Positions 21,589 to 32,677 of a DNA stretch of 57,832 bases are shown here, piece after piece. This stretch comes from an uncultured Dehalococcoidales bacterium (GTDB lineage Bacteria; Chloroflexota; Dehalococcoidia; GIF9; AB-539-J10), in contig CAZODZ010000004.1 of the NCBI GenBank assembly GCA_964578745.1, positions 1 to 57,832 on the forward strand, written 5' to 3'. How positions within the stretch are numbered: the first letter of the stretch is position 1; the number at the start of each line of letters is the position of its first letter. Under the pieces are notes generated by a model, which was not told the DNA's origin, did not search any database, and saw only the letters and a program-made list of their open reading frames with translations. The position numbers and the translations under genes were made by a program.

Positions 21589-22386
21589 CTACCCGCACAT
21601 CAGCGGGTCCTGGCTGTCCAAAGCCAGCCGTACCTCCGAGACAAAGCGGCGCACCTCGCCGAGCGATGGGTCAGCCTCCATGAGCGAGAGAATCCGGCTT
21701 CCGATGATGACGCCATCCGCTATCCTGCCGACTTGCGCCGCCTGCGCGGGCGTGGATATGCCGAAGCCGACACACAGCGGAAGTCTGGTGACATCGCGCA
21801 CCCTCTCAACGAAATCCTCCAGCCCTTCTGAGAGCTTTTCCCGCGCGCCGGTGACACCCGTAAGCGACACCAGGTAGAGAAACCCCCTCGAACGCTCCGC
21901 AGCAAGCTCGATGCGACGCTTCGTCGCAGTCGGGGCCAGGAGGCAGATGAGGTCCATACCGTGCGAGCAGGCTGCTGTGTCCAGTTCGTCAGCTTCATCA
22001 GGCGGCAGGTCTGGCACTATCAAGCCATCCACACCGGAACGGACGCACCCGTCGCAGAACCTCTCCACGCCGCGATGCAGGATGGGGTTGTAATAGCTCA
22101 TGAATACAAGCGGTACATCGACAGTGCGGCTGAGCTGTGCGGCGACATCGAGACAGACAGAAGGAGTGACGCCGCTCTCGAGCGCCTGGTGACTCGCCTT
22201 CTGTATCGTCGCACCATCAGCAAGCGGGTCCGAGAACGGTATCCCCAGCTCAATGATGTCACAGCCACCCTCGACCAGGCGGGGAACGACCTCGAGCGTT
22301 GCCTCAACGGAAGGGTAGCCCACGGTCACGTACGCAACGAGCGCCGTTCGCCGGTCTGCCGCGAATACCTCTGCCAACCGACTCAT
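21589..22386 (-). CDS. trpA: Tryptophan synthase alpha chain
   Basis: [24 protein letters not shown]. Confidence 0.97.
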   Translation of the reverse strand: MSRLAEVFAADRRTALVAYVTVGYPSVEATLEVVPRLVEGGCDIIELGIPFSDPLADGATIQKASHQALESGVTPSVCLDVAAQLSRTVDVPLVFMSYYNPILHRGVERFCDGCVRSGVDGLIVPDLPPDEADELDTAACSHGMDLICLLAPTATKRRIELAAERSRGFLYLVSLTGVTGAREKLSEGLEDFVERVRDVTRLPLCVGFGISTPAQAAQVGRIADGVIIGSRILSLMEADPSLGEVRRFVSEVRLALDSQDPLMCG

Positions 22387-23582
22387 GGCTCCACCCCCAG
22401 CGCATCGATTACTATGTTCATGTCCTTGTCACCCCTGCCGCTGAGACAGACAGCTACTGTCTCATCCTGCTCCAGCCTGTTGGCGAGCAGCACAGCGTAG
22501 GCGATTGCGTGGGCGGATTCCAGGGCAGGAGTGATGCCTTCATACCGACAGAGCAGGTGGAACCCCTCGAACGCTTCCTCATCGGTGGCGGCAACGTAGG
22601 CCGCACGCCCCGTGTCCTTCAGGTAGCTGTGTTCGGGACCCACACCGGGATAATCGAGCCCTGCTGAGACGCTGTGCGTACCCAGAATCTGCCCGTGCTC
22701 GTCCTGCAGCAGGTACGAACGCGCACCATGGAGCACACCCGCAGTGCCCGCCACAAGCGAGGCCGCGTGTTCACGCGTTGACATGCCTTTTCCTCCAGCC
22801 TCCACACCGATGAGGCAGACATCCTTATCGTCGATGAACGGGAAGAACATACCCATGGCATTGCTGCCACCACCGACGCATGCTACCACGTAGTCGGGCA
22901 GACAGCCCACGCCATCAAGGAATTGCTGCCGGGCTTCACGTCCAATAACCGACTGGAAATCACGCACCATGGCCGGATAGGGGTGAGGGCCCACCACGGA
23001 ACCCAGCAGGTAGTGTGTTTCCGACACGTTCGTCACCCAGTCGCGTATCGCCTCATTGATGGCGTCCTTGAGCGTACGGCTGCCATGTGTCACCGTTCGC
23101 ACCTCCGCACCCATCAGCTTCATGCGGAACACGTTGAGCGACTGGCGTCGGACGTCTTCCTCTCCCATGTAGACGATGCAGTCAAGGCCAAGCTTCGCAC
23201 ACACCGCAGCGGTGGCCACGCCGTGCTGGCCAGCCCCTGTCTCCGCAACTATGCGTCGCTTGCCCAGCCTGCGTGCAAGAAGCGCTTGCCCCAGCGCATT
23301 GTTTATCTTGTGCGCCCCCGTATGCGCCAGGTCTTCGCGCTTGAGGTATATCCTCGCACCACCTGCGTGCTCACTCAACCGGTCGGCCAGCGTCAGTGGC
23401 GTCGGCCGTCCGCAGTACTCGCGAGACAGACGATCCAATTCAACATTGAATGCTCCATCCCCCTTCGCGTCCTCATATGCCGCGACAAGCTCTTCCAATG
23501 CCGGCACCAGTGTCTCCGGCACGAAACGCCCGCCGTATGCACCGAAGTAACCTCTCTCGTCAGGCATCTTCGTCTTCTGCAT
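22383..23582 (-). CDS. trpB: Tryptophan synthase beta chain
   Basis: [27 protein letters not shown]; ATG 23582 after AGGAG. Confidence 0.97.
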   Translation of the reverse strand: MQKTKMPDERGYFGAYGGRFVPETLVPALEELVAAYEDAKGDGAFNVELDRLSREYCGRPTPLTLADRLSEHAGGARIYLKREDLAHTGAHKINNALGQALLARRLGKRRIVAETGAGQHGVATAAVCAKLGLDCIVYMGEEDVRRQSLNVFRMKLMGAEVRTVTHGSRTLKDAINEAIRDWVTNVSETHYLLGSVVGPHPYPAMVRDFQSVIGREARQQFLDGVGCLPDYVVACVGGGSNAMGMFFPFIDDKDVCLIGVEAGGKGMSTREHAASLVAGTAGVLHGARSYLLQDEHGQILGTHSVSAGLDYPGVGPEHSYLKDTGRAAYVAATDEEAFEGFHLLCRYEGITPALESAHAIAYAVLLANRLEQDETVAVCLSGRGDKDMNIVIDALGVEP

Positions 23583-24246
23583 CTCGAATCTCCTGCTCGG
23601 CCTTCCGTACGGCGTCAATGAAGGCCTGAATCAATTGCGTGTCTTTCTCACCGCCAATCTCTACCCCGGACGATACATCAACCCCGCGCGGGCGCACGGT
23701 CGAGATGAGACCACCTACGTTCGCGGGAGTGAGGCCGCCCGCGACCATGACAGGACAGCGACGTGAGACTTCACGGGCGATCCTCCAGTCGAACACCTTC
23801 CCGGTCCCGCCTCCCACGCCGTCGGCGTATGTGTCCAGCAGGTGTATCGGCAGCACGCGGTGCAGCACTGCACCTGCCCGCTCGATGTCATCAATCAGGC
23901 CTTGAGCGGTTACTCCCCGGCCCACATGCAGAACTCGGATAATCTGGCGGCCGATGTCTGCCAGGCCATGTACCCTCCTTTGCCCGCTGACCTGTACGAG
24001 ATCGAAGCCACAATAGCGCGAAATACGTTCTATTTCCGCGACACATTCGTCGGTAAACACGCCAACGGTGCGCGGCACCCGGGCCGTCGAACGCAACGCG
24101 CGAACCAAGTCTCGAGCCTGTTCAGGTGTTAGCTGGCGACGCGATTGGGTCATGACGAATCCGAGGTAGTCAGCCCCCACCTCGGCGGCAGCGAGGACAT
24201 GTTCCCTGGACCGCAATCCACATATCTTGACCGCTACGTGGCGCAT
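23560..24246 (-). CDS. trpF: Phosphoribosylanthranilate isomerase
   Basis: KICGL, GGGTG, AGGLTP, DVSSGVE. Confidence 0.95.
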   Translation of the reverse strand: MRHVAVKICGLRSREHVLAAAEVGADYLGFVMTQSRRQLTPEQARDLVRALRSTARVPRTVGVFTDECVAEIERISRYCGFDLVQVSGQRRVHGLADIGRQIIRVLHVGRGVTAQGLIDDIERAGAVLHRVLPIHLLDTYADGVGGGTGKVFDWRIAREVSRRCPVMVAGGLTPANVGGLISTVRPRGVDVSSGVEIGGEKDTQLIQAFIDAVRKAEQEIRDAEDEDA

Positions 24247-25025
24247 AACAGCTCCCGTGTCTTGGCAGCGATGTCCTCAGCCGTCACAAGCGCCTCGCCC
24301 ACGAGCAGCGCATCGGCACCGGCGGAGGCAAGCCGCCTGACGTCAGCTGGAGTATGTATGCCGCTCTCCGCAACCACTATCCTTCCCGCTGGCACACGCG
24401 GTCGCAAACGTTCAAACGTCGAGAGCGCCACCCGGAAGGTACGCAGGTCCCGGTTGTTGATACCGACGACACGTGCCCCACTTGCCACAGCCACATCAAG
24501 TTCTCCCTCATCATGGGTCTCGACGAGGCAGCCCATGCCAAGGTCGTGCGACAGCGACAATAGCGACCGCAGCACCCCTTCTTCCAGTGCGGCTGCAATA
24601 AGCAGTACAGCGTCGGCACCGTGTGCGCGCGCCTCGTACACCTGGTATGGATCGATGATGAAGTCCTTGCGCAGCAGAGGCACCTTGTGCGCGACAGGAG
24701 AGGCCGCTATATCGGCAAGATGCTGCAGACTGCCGCAGAAGAATCCCGGCTCTGTAAGAACCGAGACAGCTGCAACTCCCGCCGCCGCATACGCTTCCGC
24801 TGCAGCAACATGGTCCAGGTCCCGTCTGAGAGGACCGTGGGAGGGCGAAGCCTTCTTCACCTCGGCGATGAGAGCCACTCCGTCGCCCTCCAGCACAGCT
24901 GCGAAATCCAGCGCGGATGGCATCTGCTGGATAGCCGCCTTGAGCTGCGCAACCGTCCGTTCGCGCCTGCGTTGCTCCACAGCATTCCTGGTGTACGCAA
25001 CTATCTCCTCCAGCGTCGTCATCAC
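24234..25025 (-). CDS. trpC: Indole-3-glycerol phosphate synthase
   Basis: AEVKKASPS, LRKDF, GINNRDL, VAESGI. Confidence 0.96.
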   Translation of the reverse strand: MMTTLEEIVAYTRNAVEQRRRERTVAQLKAAIQQMPSALDFAAVLEGDGVALIAEVKKASPSHGPLRRDLDHVAAAEAYAAAGVAAVSVLTEPGFFCGSLQHLADIAASPVAHKVPLLRKDFIIDPYQVYEARAHGADAVLLIAAALEEGVLRSLLSLSHDLGMGCLVETHDEGELDVAVASGARVVGINNRDLRTFRVALSTFERLRPRVPAGRIVVAESGIHTPADVRRLASAGADALLVGEALVTAEDIAAKTRELLCAT

Positions 25026-26044
25026 GCCGCCACCTCTTCGTGACTCCGGCAGAACGCTGCGAGTGCCTCCAGTCGCGACATGGCGCGCCCACTATCAATC
25101 ACTTCCTCGGCCAGCCGGACTCCGTGCGCCAGGTCCACAGCCGCACCGGAGACGGCGAGCGCTGCTCCCGCGTTGAGGATCACGACATCACGCCGCGGCC
25201 CACGCTCCCCGGAGAGAACAGCCTTGAGCAGAGATGCGTTCTCGGCGGCCGTACCACCATACAGTCTCTCTCCTCCAGCACGCTGCAGACCGAGGTCTTC
25301 TGGAGCCACGGTGTACCAGTCCACATGGCCGTTCGAGATCTCGCAGACAGTTGTCTCTCCCGCCAGTGTGAGCTCATCCAAGCCATCCTCTCCATGGACG
25401 ACCATTGCGCGGCGTATGCCGAGCCTGACAAGGACGTCCGCCATCGTAGAGACAAGCCCGTCGTCAGCTACTCCCAACAGCTGCGAGCGCGCGCCTGCCG
25501 GGTTACAGAGCGGGCCGAGGATGTTGAACACCGTACGTACACCGATCTCTCGCCTCGGACCGGCTGCATGCTTCATCGCCGGATGGAACTTCGGGGCGAA
25601 CATGAAGCCGATGCCGACCTCACGGATACACTGCTCGACCATCGACGGTTCCATGTCGATACGCACACCGAGGGCCTCGAGTACATCTGCGCTGCCACAG
25701 TTGCTGCTCATCGCTCTGTTGCCATGTTTTGCCACGCGTACACCAGCACCTGCGCAGACGAGAGCAGCCGCCGTCGAAATGTTGAACGAACGCGATCCAT
25801 CTCCCCCCGTGCCACAGGTATCGAGCTCGGCGCCGGGGTCGATACGGACCGCATGAGAGAGCATGGCGCCAGCGAAACCGGCCAGCTCGTCGGCCGTCTC
25901 TCCTTTCATGCGCAGGGCGGTGATGAACGCCGCTATCTGCGCCGGCGTCGCCGCGCCTTCCATGACCTCCCACATGGCTGTAGCTGCATCAACAGAAGTG
26001 AGAGAGCGACCCGAGACAAGGGCCGCGATAGCATCACGAATCAT
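25022..26044 (-). CDS. trpD: Anthranilate phosphoribosyltransferase
   Basis: DTCGTGGDG, NISTAA, KHGNR, GLDE; ATG 26044 overlaps trpG stop. Confidence 0.96.
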   Translation of the reverse strand: MIRDAIAALVSGRSLTSVDAATAMWEVMEGAATPAQIAAFITALRMKGETADELAGFAGAMLSHAVRIDPGAELDTCGTGGDGSRSFNISTAAALVCAGAGVRVAKHGNRAMSSNCGSADVLEALGVRIDMEPSMVEQCIREVGIGFMFAPKFHPAMKHAAGPRREIGVRTVFNILGPLCNPAGARSQLLGVADDGLVSTMADVLVRLGIRRAMVVHGEDGLDELTLAGETTVCEISNGHVDWYTVAPEDLGLQRAGGERLYGGTAAENASLLKAVLSGERGPRRDVVILNAGAALAVSGAAVDLAHGVRLAEEVIDSGRAMSRLEALAAFCRSHEEVAA

Positions 26045-26613
26045 CTGACACCTCCGGTCACAAAGTTCGCAAGCACATTCCGGCCACATTCGGTCATGAA
26101 CGACTCAGGATGGAACTGCACACTCACCACGGGGTACGTCCTGTGCCGCAGGCCCATGACCGTGCCATCGGCTGTCCACGCCGTAACCTCAAGGCATTCC
26201 GGCAGGCCGTCGCGTGCAACCACCAGAGAGTGGTAACGGATGGCGCTGAAGGGATTCGGAACACCCTCAAACAGCCCTGTGCCGTTGTGGTGTACGAGGG
26301 ATGCCTTGCCATGCATTATCTCGTCGGCCCGTCGAACAACTGCCCCGTAGGTGTATCCGATGCACTGGTGGCCCAGGCATACGCCCATCAGGGGTACTCT
26401 CGGCCCGAAATGCCTGATGATCTCGTTAGAGATGCCGGCCCGTTCAGGCGTGGATGGGCCGGGAGAGACCACTATCCGCTGCGGCGCCAGTCGAACCACG
26501 TCCTCTATGCTCAGGCGATCGTTGCGGATGACGACAACGTCCTCGCCCAGCTCGCAAAGGTGCTGGTAAATGTTATAGGTGAAGCTATCGTAGTTGTCGA
26601 TGAGCAGCAGCAA
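26041..26613 (-). CDS. trpG: Anthranilate synthase component II (glutamine amidotransferase)
   Basis: IDNYDSFT, GVCLGHQ, RYHSL, QFHPES; TTG start after GGAGG. Confidence 0.95.
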   Translation of the reverse strand: MLLLIDNYDSFTYNIYQHLCELGEDVVVIRNDRLSIEDVVRLAPQRIVVSPGPSTPERAGISNEIIRHFGPRVPLMGVCLGHQCIGYTYGAVVRRADEIMHGKASLVHHNGTGLFEGVPNPFSAIRYHSLVVARDGLPECLEVTAWTADGTVMGLRHRTYPVVSVQFHPESFMTECGRNVLANFVTGGVR

Positions 26614-28060
26614 GCTCCACCTCCTGCGTGTCCACGCTGCGTTCGGCCCGGTTGATAGCCTCAATGAGTGCACGGGCCTTGTTGAGTGTCTCCTCGTATT
26701 CGTTCGACGGGACGCTGTCGTAGACGATGCCACACCCCGCCTGTGCATGCGCCATTCCTCGTGACGTTACAATCGTGCGTATGGTGATAGCCATGTCGAG
26801 GTTGCCAGAATACGAGAGATAGCCGACAGCGCCAGCATAGGGTCCACGTCTGTCGGGCTCCAGTTCGGCGATTATCTCCATCGCGCGCACTTTCGGCGCG
26901 CCGGACACGGTGCCCGCCGGGAAGCAGGCACGCAGCGCGTCCAGAGCCGTTGCACCTTTGCGCAGCGCACCCTCCACGTGTGTGACCAAGTGCATGACAT
27001 GCGAGTAACGCTCCACATTCATGAGATCACTCACCTTCACCGTACCCGGCTTCGCCACACGGCCGATATCGTTGCGCCCTAGGTCCACGAGCATAATATG
27101 CTCCGCACGCTCTTTCTCATCGTTTCGCAGCTCGTGTTCAAGCGCAATATCCTCCTCAATAGTCTCGCCGCGCTTCCTCGTGCCGGCGAGCGGCCGTGTC
27201 ATCACCCTCCCACCCTCAACCCGGACGAGTATCTCCGGCGAGGCACCCACGAGCTGAAATCCGCCGCAGTCGAGGTAAAACATATAGGGCGACGGATTGA
27301 TGCTGCGTAGCGCGCGGTAGATATCAAACGGGGCTGCATCGGTCCTGCGGCTCAAGCGCTGAGATAGCACAACCTGGATGGCCTCACCCTTCGTGATAAG
27401 TTCTCGCGCCAAGGACACAGCCTGCTCAAAGGCAGCCCGCGAGAAGTTCGAGTGAAGCCCCCGATCCAGCGAGCCCCTAGTCTGACGCTTTCGCTCCCGC
27501 GGCAAAGGGCCACTGAGGAGTGCTGCGAGGCCGTCTATCCTTGCAACCGCCTCGGAGTAGTCCGCATCAATGTCCCCCGATGGAATCACGTGGCTGAGTA
27601 TCCTGATGGAGTGCGTGACATGGTCGAAGATCAGCATGGTGTGAACAAACATGAAGAAAGCCTCGGGCAGATCGAGCCTGTCGAGCGCGGGAGAGGGAAG
27701 CCGCTCAAAGGCACCCGCCGTCTCGTACGATAGATAGCCGACGGCACCGCCACAGAGGCGGGGAAGTCCGCGTATCTTTGCAACCCTGCACCGGGCCATT
27801 TCGGCGGCAATTGCCTCCAGAGGGTCGGTGCCACCGTTGCAAGCCGTGAGCGTGCGATAGGGCCTGGTACCTATGAAACTGTACCGGGCCAGCCTCTGGC
27901 CACCCTCCACGCTTTCAAGCAGAAAAGAGGGACCACCGCGGTTAACCTTGAGGAATGCCGACACCGGCGTCTCGAGGTCCGCGACGACCTCACGCCAGAC
28001 GGGCACCCATGCTCCCCCCTCGCTGAGGCGTCGCACTTCTTCGATAGCCGGGTAGTACAT
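26585..28060 (-). CDS. trpE: Anthranilate synthase component I
   Basis: LLESV, NPSPYM, ASPE, EHIMLVDLGRND, FPAGTVSGAPK; ATG 28060. Confidence 0.96.
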   Translation of the reverse strand: MYYPAIEEVRRLSEGGAWVPVWREVVADLETPVSAFLKVNRGGPSFLLESVEGGQRLARYSFIGTRPYRTLTACNGGTDPLEAIAAEMARCRVAKIRGLPRLCGGAVGYLSYETAGAFERLPSPALDRLDLPEAFFMFVHTMLIFDHVTHSIRILSHVIPSGDIDADYSEAVARIDGLAALLSGPLPRERKRQTRGSLDRGLHSNFSRAAFEQAVSLARELITKGEAIQVVLSQRLSRRTDAAPFDIYRALRSINPSPYMFYLDCGGFQLVGASPEILVRVEGGRVMTRPLAGTRKRGETIEEDIALEHELRNDEKERAEHIMLVDLGRNDIGRVAKPGTVKVSDLMNVERYSHVMHLVTHVEGALRKGATALDALRACFPAGTVSGAPKVRAMEIIAELEPDRRGPYAGAVGYLSYSGNLDMAITIRTIVTSRGMAHAQAGCGIVYDSVPSNEYEETLNKARALIEAINRAERSVDTQEVELAAAHRQLR

Positions 28061-28087
28061 CCTGTTCCTCCTTCGTTCTTTTTCGGG

Positions 28088-28128
28088 CAAAAGAAAAGGC
28101 CCTTCGCCCGCTGAAGGGGCGAGGGGCC
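28088..28128 (-). terminator. Intrinsic terminator of the trp T-box leader
   Basis: GGCCCCUCGCCC...GGGCGAAGGGCC stem followed by UUUUCUUUU. Confidence 0.85.
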
Positions 28129-28400
28129 GAAGTCCTCGCGGTGCCACCCTTGTTGACCACGCGTAAGAGACGCGTGGCCATCTCTTTTCAGGTACCACTC
28201 CCGTAACCGGAAGCTATACCCTGGGCTCTGCTAACGGTGCCCTCTCCGTCGGAGCCTACTCAGGAGACCCTTTCGGTCCGCGGCTCCCGGGTCCATTCAC
28301 TTCCCGCGCTGTCACCGGTTCACACCTTCCCCGGCTCTCTGAGACCCGCTTGAGAACCTACTAGTCCCGTTCAAAGCCTTTTGCCTATGCAGTTATGTAA
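28088..28400 (-). ncRNA. T-box riboswitch (Trp specifier UGG)
   Basis: T-box AAGGGUGGCACCGCG at 28151-28137; specifier GAA-UGG-A with UGG at 28295-28293; AGUA, AGAGAG and CCGUUA elements; stem III CCACGCGU/ACGCGUGG; terminator; upstream of trpE. Confidence 0.92.
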
Positions 28401-28409
28401 GTGGCGGTG

Positions 28410-28438
28410 ATGGTAGATAGGTCCTTGAAATTTGTCAA
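28410..28438 (-). promoter_or_regulatory. Sigma70 promoter of trp leader
   Basis: TTGACA (28438-28433), 17 bp spacer, TACCAT (28415-28410). Confidence 0.75.
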
Positions 28439-28945
28439 ATCGTTCGTGGTACATGGGGAAGCGGCAATGCATACACACTGGCGAGCGTTCTTCAGCTGAA
28501 GTGAGCGACATGGAGAAGCTCCTGAATCCCAGTGCACAGGGCAACGCACGTTGAAGTCACCCCCTCGACATCGCCATCATCGCCCTCAGACTCATCGCAA
28601 AGCCACGAGGATCTGTTGATAGGCCTCAGAGGCGGGTAACACGGTCGCCCCGGCCATGGCAGAAGCATTTCACGCCGGTGGAGGTGCCTGTTGTCGCTGC
28701 CATACCGGGAGTGGTCGCTGTGGTCATAGCCCCAGAGCTGTCGGTGTTTCCGGGCGGAGGTGCCGTGAAGTCGGCCAGCGCTGAAGCAGACCATTGCTGT
28801 TCGATGTGCAGGGCCGCACCGGCCCACAGCCGGGGTATTTACTTGTGCAGTCCACCCCGATACCATCGCACGCGACCATATTATATCGAGGGAGCGGACC
28901 CCTCTCACGCGGGGGCGCTGCCTGCGTTTTTTCTGAGAGGTCAGA

Positions 28946-30211
28946 ATGCAGAGCAAGACTCGGGTGCTTGTACTCATGTGTCTCGCCATGCTCCTCGGCT
29001 ACATGCCGTGGTACAGCTTCTCGGCCGTGTCCATGTACCTCGTCGAAGAATTCAACCTCGGCGCTGCGCAGATGGGCGCTATCCTCTCTGCCTTCCAGGT
29101 AGGCTATGTCGTCATCGTCATTTTCACCGGCTGGCTGGCCGACCACGTCGGCCCTCGAAGGGTCGTCGCCTGGGCCACTCTTTTTTCGGCGTTGTCATCC
29201 ACGGCATTCATCTTCTTCGCCCGGGACTACACGAGCGTTTTTGTCTTGCGTCTGCTTACAGGCCTGTCCTGCGGCGCGATCTACGCACCGGGCATGGCCT
29301 TTCTCGCATCGTGGTTCCCCCCGAAACAACGCGGCAGGGCGCTGGGCGCGTACACCGCGGCGCTCACTGCAGCCTATGCAGGCGGCTATCTCATCGCCGC
29401 ACCGCTCGCAGCCACTCACGGATGGCGTGCGGGTATACTCGGCATCTCGCTCCCGGTCTTCATTGCGACGTTTATCGTGTTCTTCCTCGTGAAGGACCAT
29501 CCTGCAGAGCGAGATGCGTCTCAACCCCCCGGGATGACAGTGAAGCACCACCTGCAGCCACAGCCGAAGCGGCTCATGCTGGCGCAGGCCCTTATTACAC
29601 TCGCCTACATGGGGCACATGTGGGAGTTGTATGCCTTCTGGGGCTGGATAGGTCCTTACATGGTCGCAAACACGCTCCACGCGGGCTACCAGAAGGTCCA
29701 CGCAGTTTCTGTCGGGGGTGTCCTCTCGGCACTCGTCATCATGGCGGGGGTGCCTGCAGTGTGGGCGATTGGCTCGCTGTCCGACCGCATCGGCCGACTG
29801 AAGGCGATAGTGATAGCGTCGCTCGCCAGTCTCGTGGTGGAATGTGGCTTCGGTTTCCTCTTCGGCCAGCGGCTCGAGTTTATCGTCCTGGTCGGCCTGT
29901 GGCTAGGTTTCTGGGTGATTGCGGACTCCGGCATATACAAGGCGGGACTGACAGAACTTGTTGATGCCGGGAGGCGTTCCCTCGCGCTCGGTGTGCAGTC
30001 AGCCGCGGGTTTCTCCCTCACAATCGTCTCCCCGCTCGTATTCGGGAACCTGCTGGAGACAGTAAACACGGCAGGGGTGGACCCGACCAGGGCGACAAAC
30101 TGGGGAGTGCCGTTCCTGATACTGGGCTTGGGGGCACTTCTTGCCCCGGCAGCAGCCATTACCCTCAGCAGGCTACCGGAGTCACGCCTTCTCGCCAGGG
30201 ATGTGCCCTGA
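28946..30211 (+). CDS. MFS transporter
   Basis: GWLADHVGPRR and GSLSDRIGR motif A; ~12 hydrophobic segments. Confidence 0.92.
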   Translation: MQSKTRVLVLMCLAMLLGYMPWYSFSAVSMYLVEEFNLGAAQMGAILSAFQVGYVVIVIFTGWLADHVGPRRVVAWATLFSALSSTAFIFFARDYTSVFVLRLLTGLSCGAIYAPGMAFLASWFPPKQRGRALGAYTAALTAAYAGGYLIAAPLAATHGWRAGILGISLPVFIATFIVFFLVKDHPAERDASQPPGMTVKHHLQPQPKRLMLAQALITLAYMGHMWELYAFWGWIGPYMVANTLHAGYQKVHAVSVGGVLSALVIMAGVPAVWAIGSLSDRIGRLKAIVIASLASLVVECGFGFLFGQRLEFIVLVGLWLGFWVIADSGIYKAGLTELVDAGRRSLALGVQSAAGFSLTIVSPLVFGNLLETVNTAGVDPTRATNWGVPFLILGLGALLAPAAAITLSRLPESRLLARDVP

Positions 30212-30229
30212 CATGGACATCTGCTGCCG

Positions 30230-30382
30230 TCAGGCTGCAGCCAGGAAGCCATACACTATGAGAGCCAGCGAGGCAACAGCTCCTACCACGTAGAGCACGA
30301 GCCACCACCTGCTGCCGGAGCCAACCATGCAGCAACAGCCAGAATTACAGGTCTGCTTATCCCGACAGGTATTCTCCGGCAT
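30230..30382 (-). CDS. Possible 50-aa Cys-rich single-pass membrane protein (not in ORF track)
   Basis: MPENTCRDKQTCNSGCCCMVGSGSRWWLVLYVVGAVASLALIVYGFLAAA; weak RBS. Confidence 0.35.
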   Translation of the reverse strand: MPENTCRDKQTCNSGCCCMVGSGSRWWLVLYVVGAVASLALIVYGFLAAA

Positions 30383-30440
30383 ACATGTCACGGCCACGCC
30401 CGTAGATCCAGTATACCCAGCGTCACTGTTGATACCTCTC

Positions 30441-31232
30441 CTACCTCATGTCCGGGTCCCACTGCGGTGCGCGCTTCTCAAGGAAGGCGGCATTCCCCTC
30501 GACCGGCTCGCCGCTCGCGTAGAGTCGTTCGATAAGCTCGGGCTCCACAGTCGAGACATCGCCAAACCACGCAGGTGCCGATGCATTCACAAGCTTCTTG
30601 GCCATCCGCATAGCCATCGGCCCGCCATTGCGCATCCGCGAGATAATTGCATCGACCCGTTCCTCCATACACTCCCGCGGCACACTCATGTTGGCGAGGT
30701 TCATCGTGACCGCCTCGTCAGCAGTCAGTTCTCTCCTCGCGAGAATCAGATCCTTCGCGTTGCCCGGCCCCACGAGACTTACCAGGAGCGGTGTACATGC
30801 CCAGGAGAAGAAGTACCCCAGACTTGTATTCGGGAGCGCCCACAACGAGTCATCTGAGGCGAGACGGAGATCGCACGCGATTGCCACCGCTAAGCCGGCG
30901 CCGATACAGAAGCCATTCACGGCAGCAAGCGTCACCTGCTCCAGATCACGCAGATGCCGTATGAGTTCCTGACCGATCCGTTGCCTGCGGCGTGCCGAGG
31001 CAGGGTCGTTCCCGACCGACATCGCATCGCTCTTCAGATCAACGCCTGCCATGAACGATTCCCCCGTGCCCGTGAACACCACGAATCGCGTCTCAGTATC
31101 GCGATCAAGCTCCCGGCACAGCTCGACGAGTTCACGGAGCATCTGCCCGTCCATGGCATTGTGCAGGCGCGGATTGTTGAACGCGACCCGCATGACATCG
31201 CCGGCCTTTTCTACCGTAAGCTTCTCATACAC
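30441..31232 (-). CDS. Enoyl-CoA hydratase/isomerase family protein
   Basis: FMAGVDL, VNGFCIGAG, CDLR; GTG 31232 after GGAGG. Confidence 0.9.
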   Translation of the reverse strand: MYEKLTVEKAGDVMRVAFNNPRLHNAMDGQMLRELVELCRELDRDTETRFVVFTGTGESFMAGVDLKSDAMSVGNDPASARRRQRIGQELIRHLRDLEQVTLAAVNGFCIGAGLAVAIACDLRLASDDSLWALPNTSLGYFFSWACTPLLVSLVGPGNAKDLILARRELTADEAVTMNLANMSVPRECMEERVDAIISRMRNGGPMAMRMAKKLVNASAPAWFGDVSTVEPELIERLYASGEPVEGNAAFLEKRAPQWDPDMR

Positions 31233-31721
31233 GCAGATACCTCCCCGTCGTGTCGGACAAAGAGACACCGCATGGTAGCACATGGCCCAGAGAAACAGCC
31301 TGGGACGCTTTCAACCATGAACCACCACAGGCATCATCATGACGGCGAAGCAGGAATCACGCCACGTGAAACATTTGGCTGTGGCTGTCTCTGTATCCAA
31401 TTGTGCCAGCACCGTCACAACACATTCTCGAGAACCGTCACGATTGTGTCCATACTCTACTCTCCATGACGGCGTGCAGCAATACGCGAACGGATGTGTT
31501 CGAACGCAGCATCCTCCGTCCGACTACCTTCATCATCTATGTCAAGCCATGCACGCCGTCGCATCATCACAGCCCGGTAGAATACAAAGCCACGGCCAAT
31601 AGCACCGAAGCAGGCTGGGCGGACACATGTGGCTTCACGTCTCCTGCAGCCCCCTCTGTAAACCAAAGGCCGCTCCGAGCGTTTACACGATATTAGGCAA
31701 CCTGCTGAGTGAAACCTGTTC

Positions 31722-31994
31722 ATGGACGATACGGCGTTCTTCTACTCCAGAACACTGAGGGTGATCGTCACCCTGGCAATCATTATCCCGCTGCTGGGCA
31801 TTGCCCTCCTCATCTGGCACTTCACATCCGACGTTCCCGTGGACACCAGCCAGCATGAGAGCAACCTGCTTCCTGGCGAGACAGAAGCAGAGGATGAAGA
31901 ACCAGTCCTCGAGGAGTCTGTGCCCAGCAACGAGAACAGTTCGCTCAAGCCCCTCGGCTCGCCGGCGAGCGGGCACGTAGTCTCCGCCAGCTGA
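31722..31994 (+). CDS. Small membrane protein with acidic tail
   Basis: One TM helix followed by a Glu-rich segment. Confidence 0.5.
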   Translation: MDDTAFFYSRTLRVIVTLAIIIPLLGIALLIWHFTSDVPVDTSQHESNLLPGETEAEDEEPVLEESVPSNENSSLKPLGSPASGHVVSAS

Positions 31995-32596
31995 GATTCC
32001 TAACACCGCACTCTCAAACTTCCAGCTTCAGGATGCAACTTCCGTCTCAGCCATCGCGATCTCACAGATTCATCACACAACGGAACTGGGTTTCAGCCAG
32101 CGCAGAAGGCGAGGAAGCAACCAATCAGATGCTTCGGTCTCACCACAAGGCGTCCCCCGTACTTGTCGCAATATGCTGTCGCTACCTCTGGACACCCTAG
32201 CTGACAACGTTGGTCACACACGTGGCATTTGTCCAAAACAAGCGGCAAAGGATGCAACACCTGACTATCCATCTCAGCAGCAAACGCTCGGCTATCGCTC
32301 TCACAGCGATCGTCCCCGTTGCAGCAGCCGGTGCAACCGCCTGGCTGAGCAGGAACAAATGGCATGCCAGCTGGCTGCGTTGCCCAGGATGTATCGACAG
32401 ATGCCGGAGATACCCCCGGTCGCATCACCCAACGAAGCCAGAACCCGGCCTCCGGCCGTTGTCGGTGGAGCTCAACAGTGCTGGTGAGATCTTTTCAAAA
32501 CCATTCCACCCCCGGAACAACTGAGCATGTCAGCAGCTCCTGTGGATGCTGCGTGCGATAGCGATACACCACCACAACCACCATCGGCACGTCAGC

Positions 32597-32626
32597 TTGA
32601 CAATTGAATACTCGTACACGTACAAT
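32597..32626 (+). promoter_or_regulatory. Sigma70 promoter upstream of ppdK leader
   Basis: TTGACA (32597-32602), 18 bp spacer, TACAAT (32621-32626). Confidence 0.7.
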
Positions 32627-32677
32627 CTTCCCATCGTGCACAGCAATGGCTGCGGTACTATCATGTGACAGGGGCAG

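Noticed and set aside
28060-28198. N-terminal extension of trpE in the ORF track
   Set aside because: Runs through the T-box and terminator; true start is ATG 28060
32093-32428. Cys-rich minus-strand ORF (CTGCC...CHVCDQRC)
   Set aside because: No clear RBS, atypical codon usage and equally plausible competing frames
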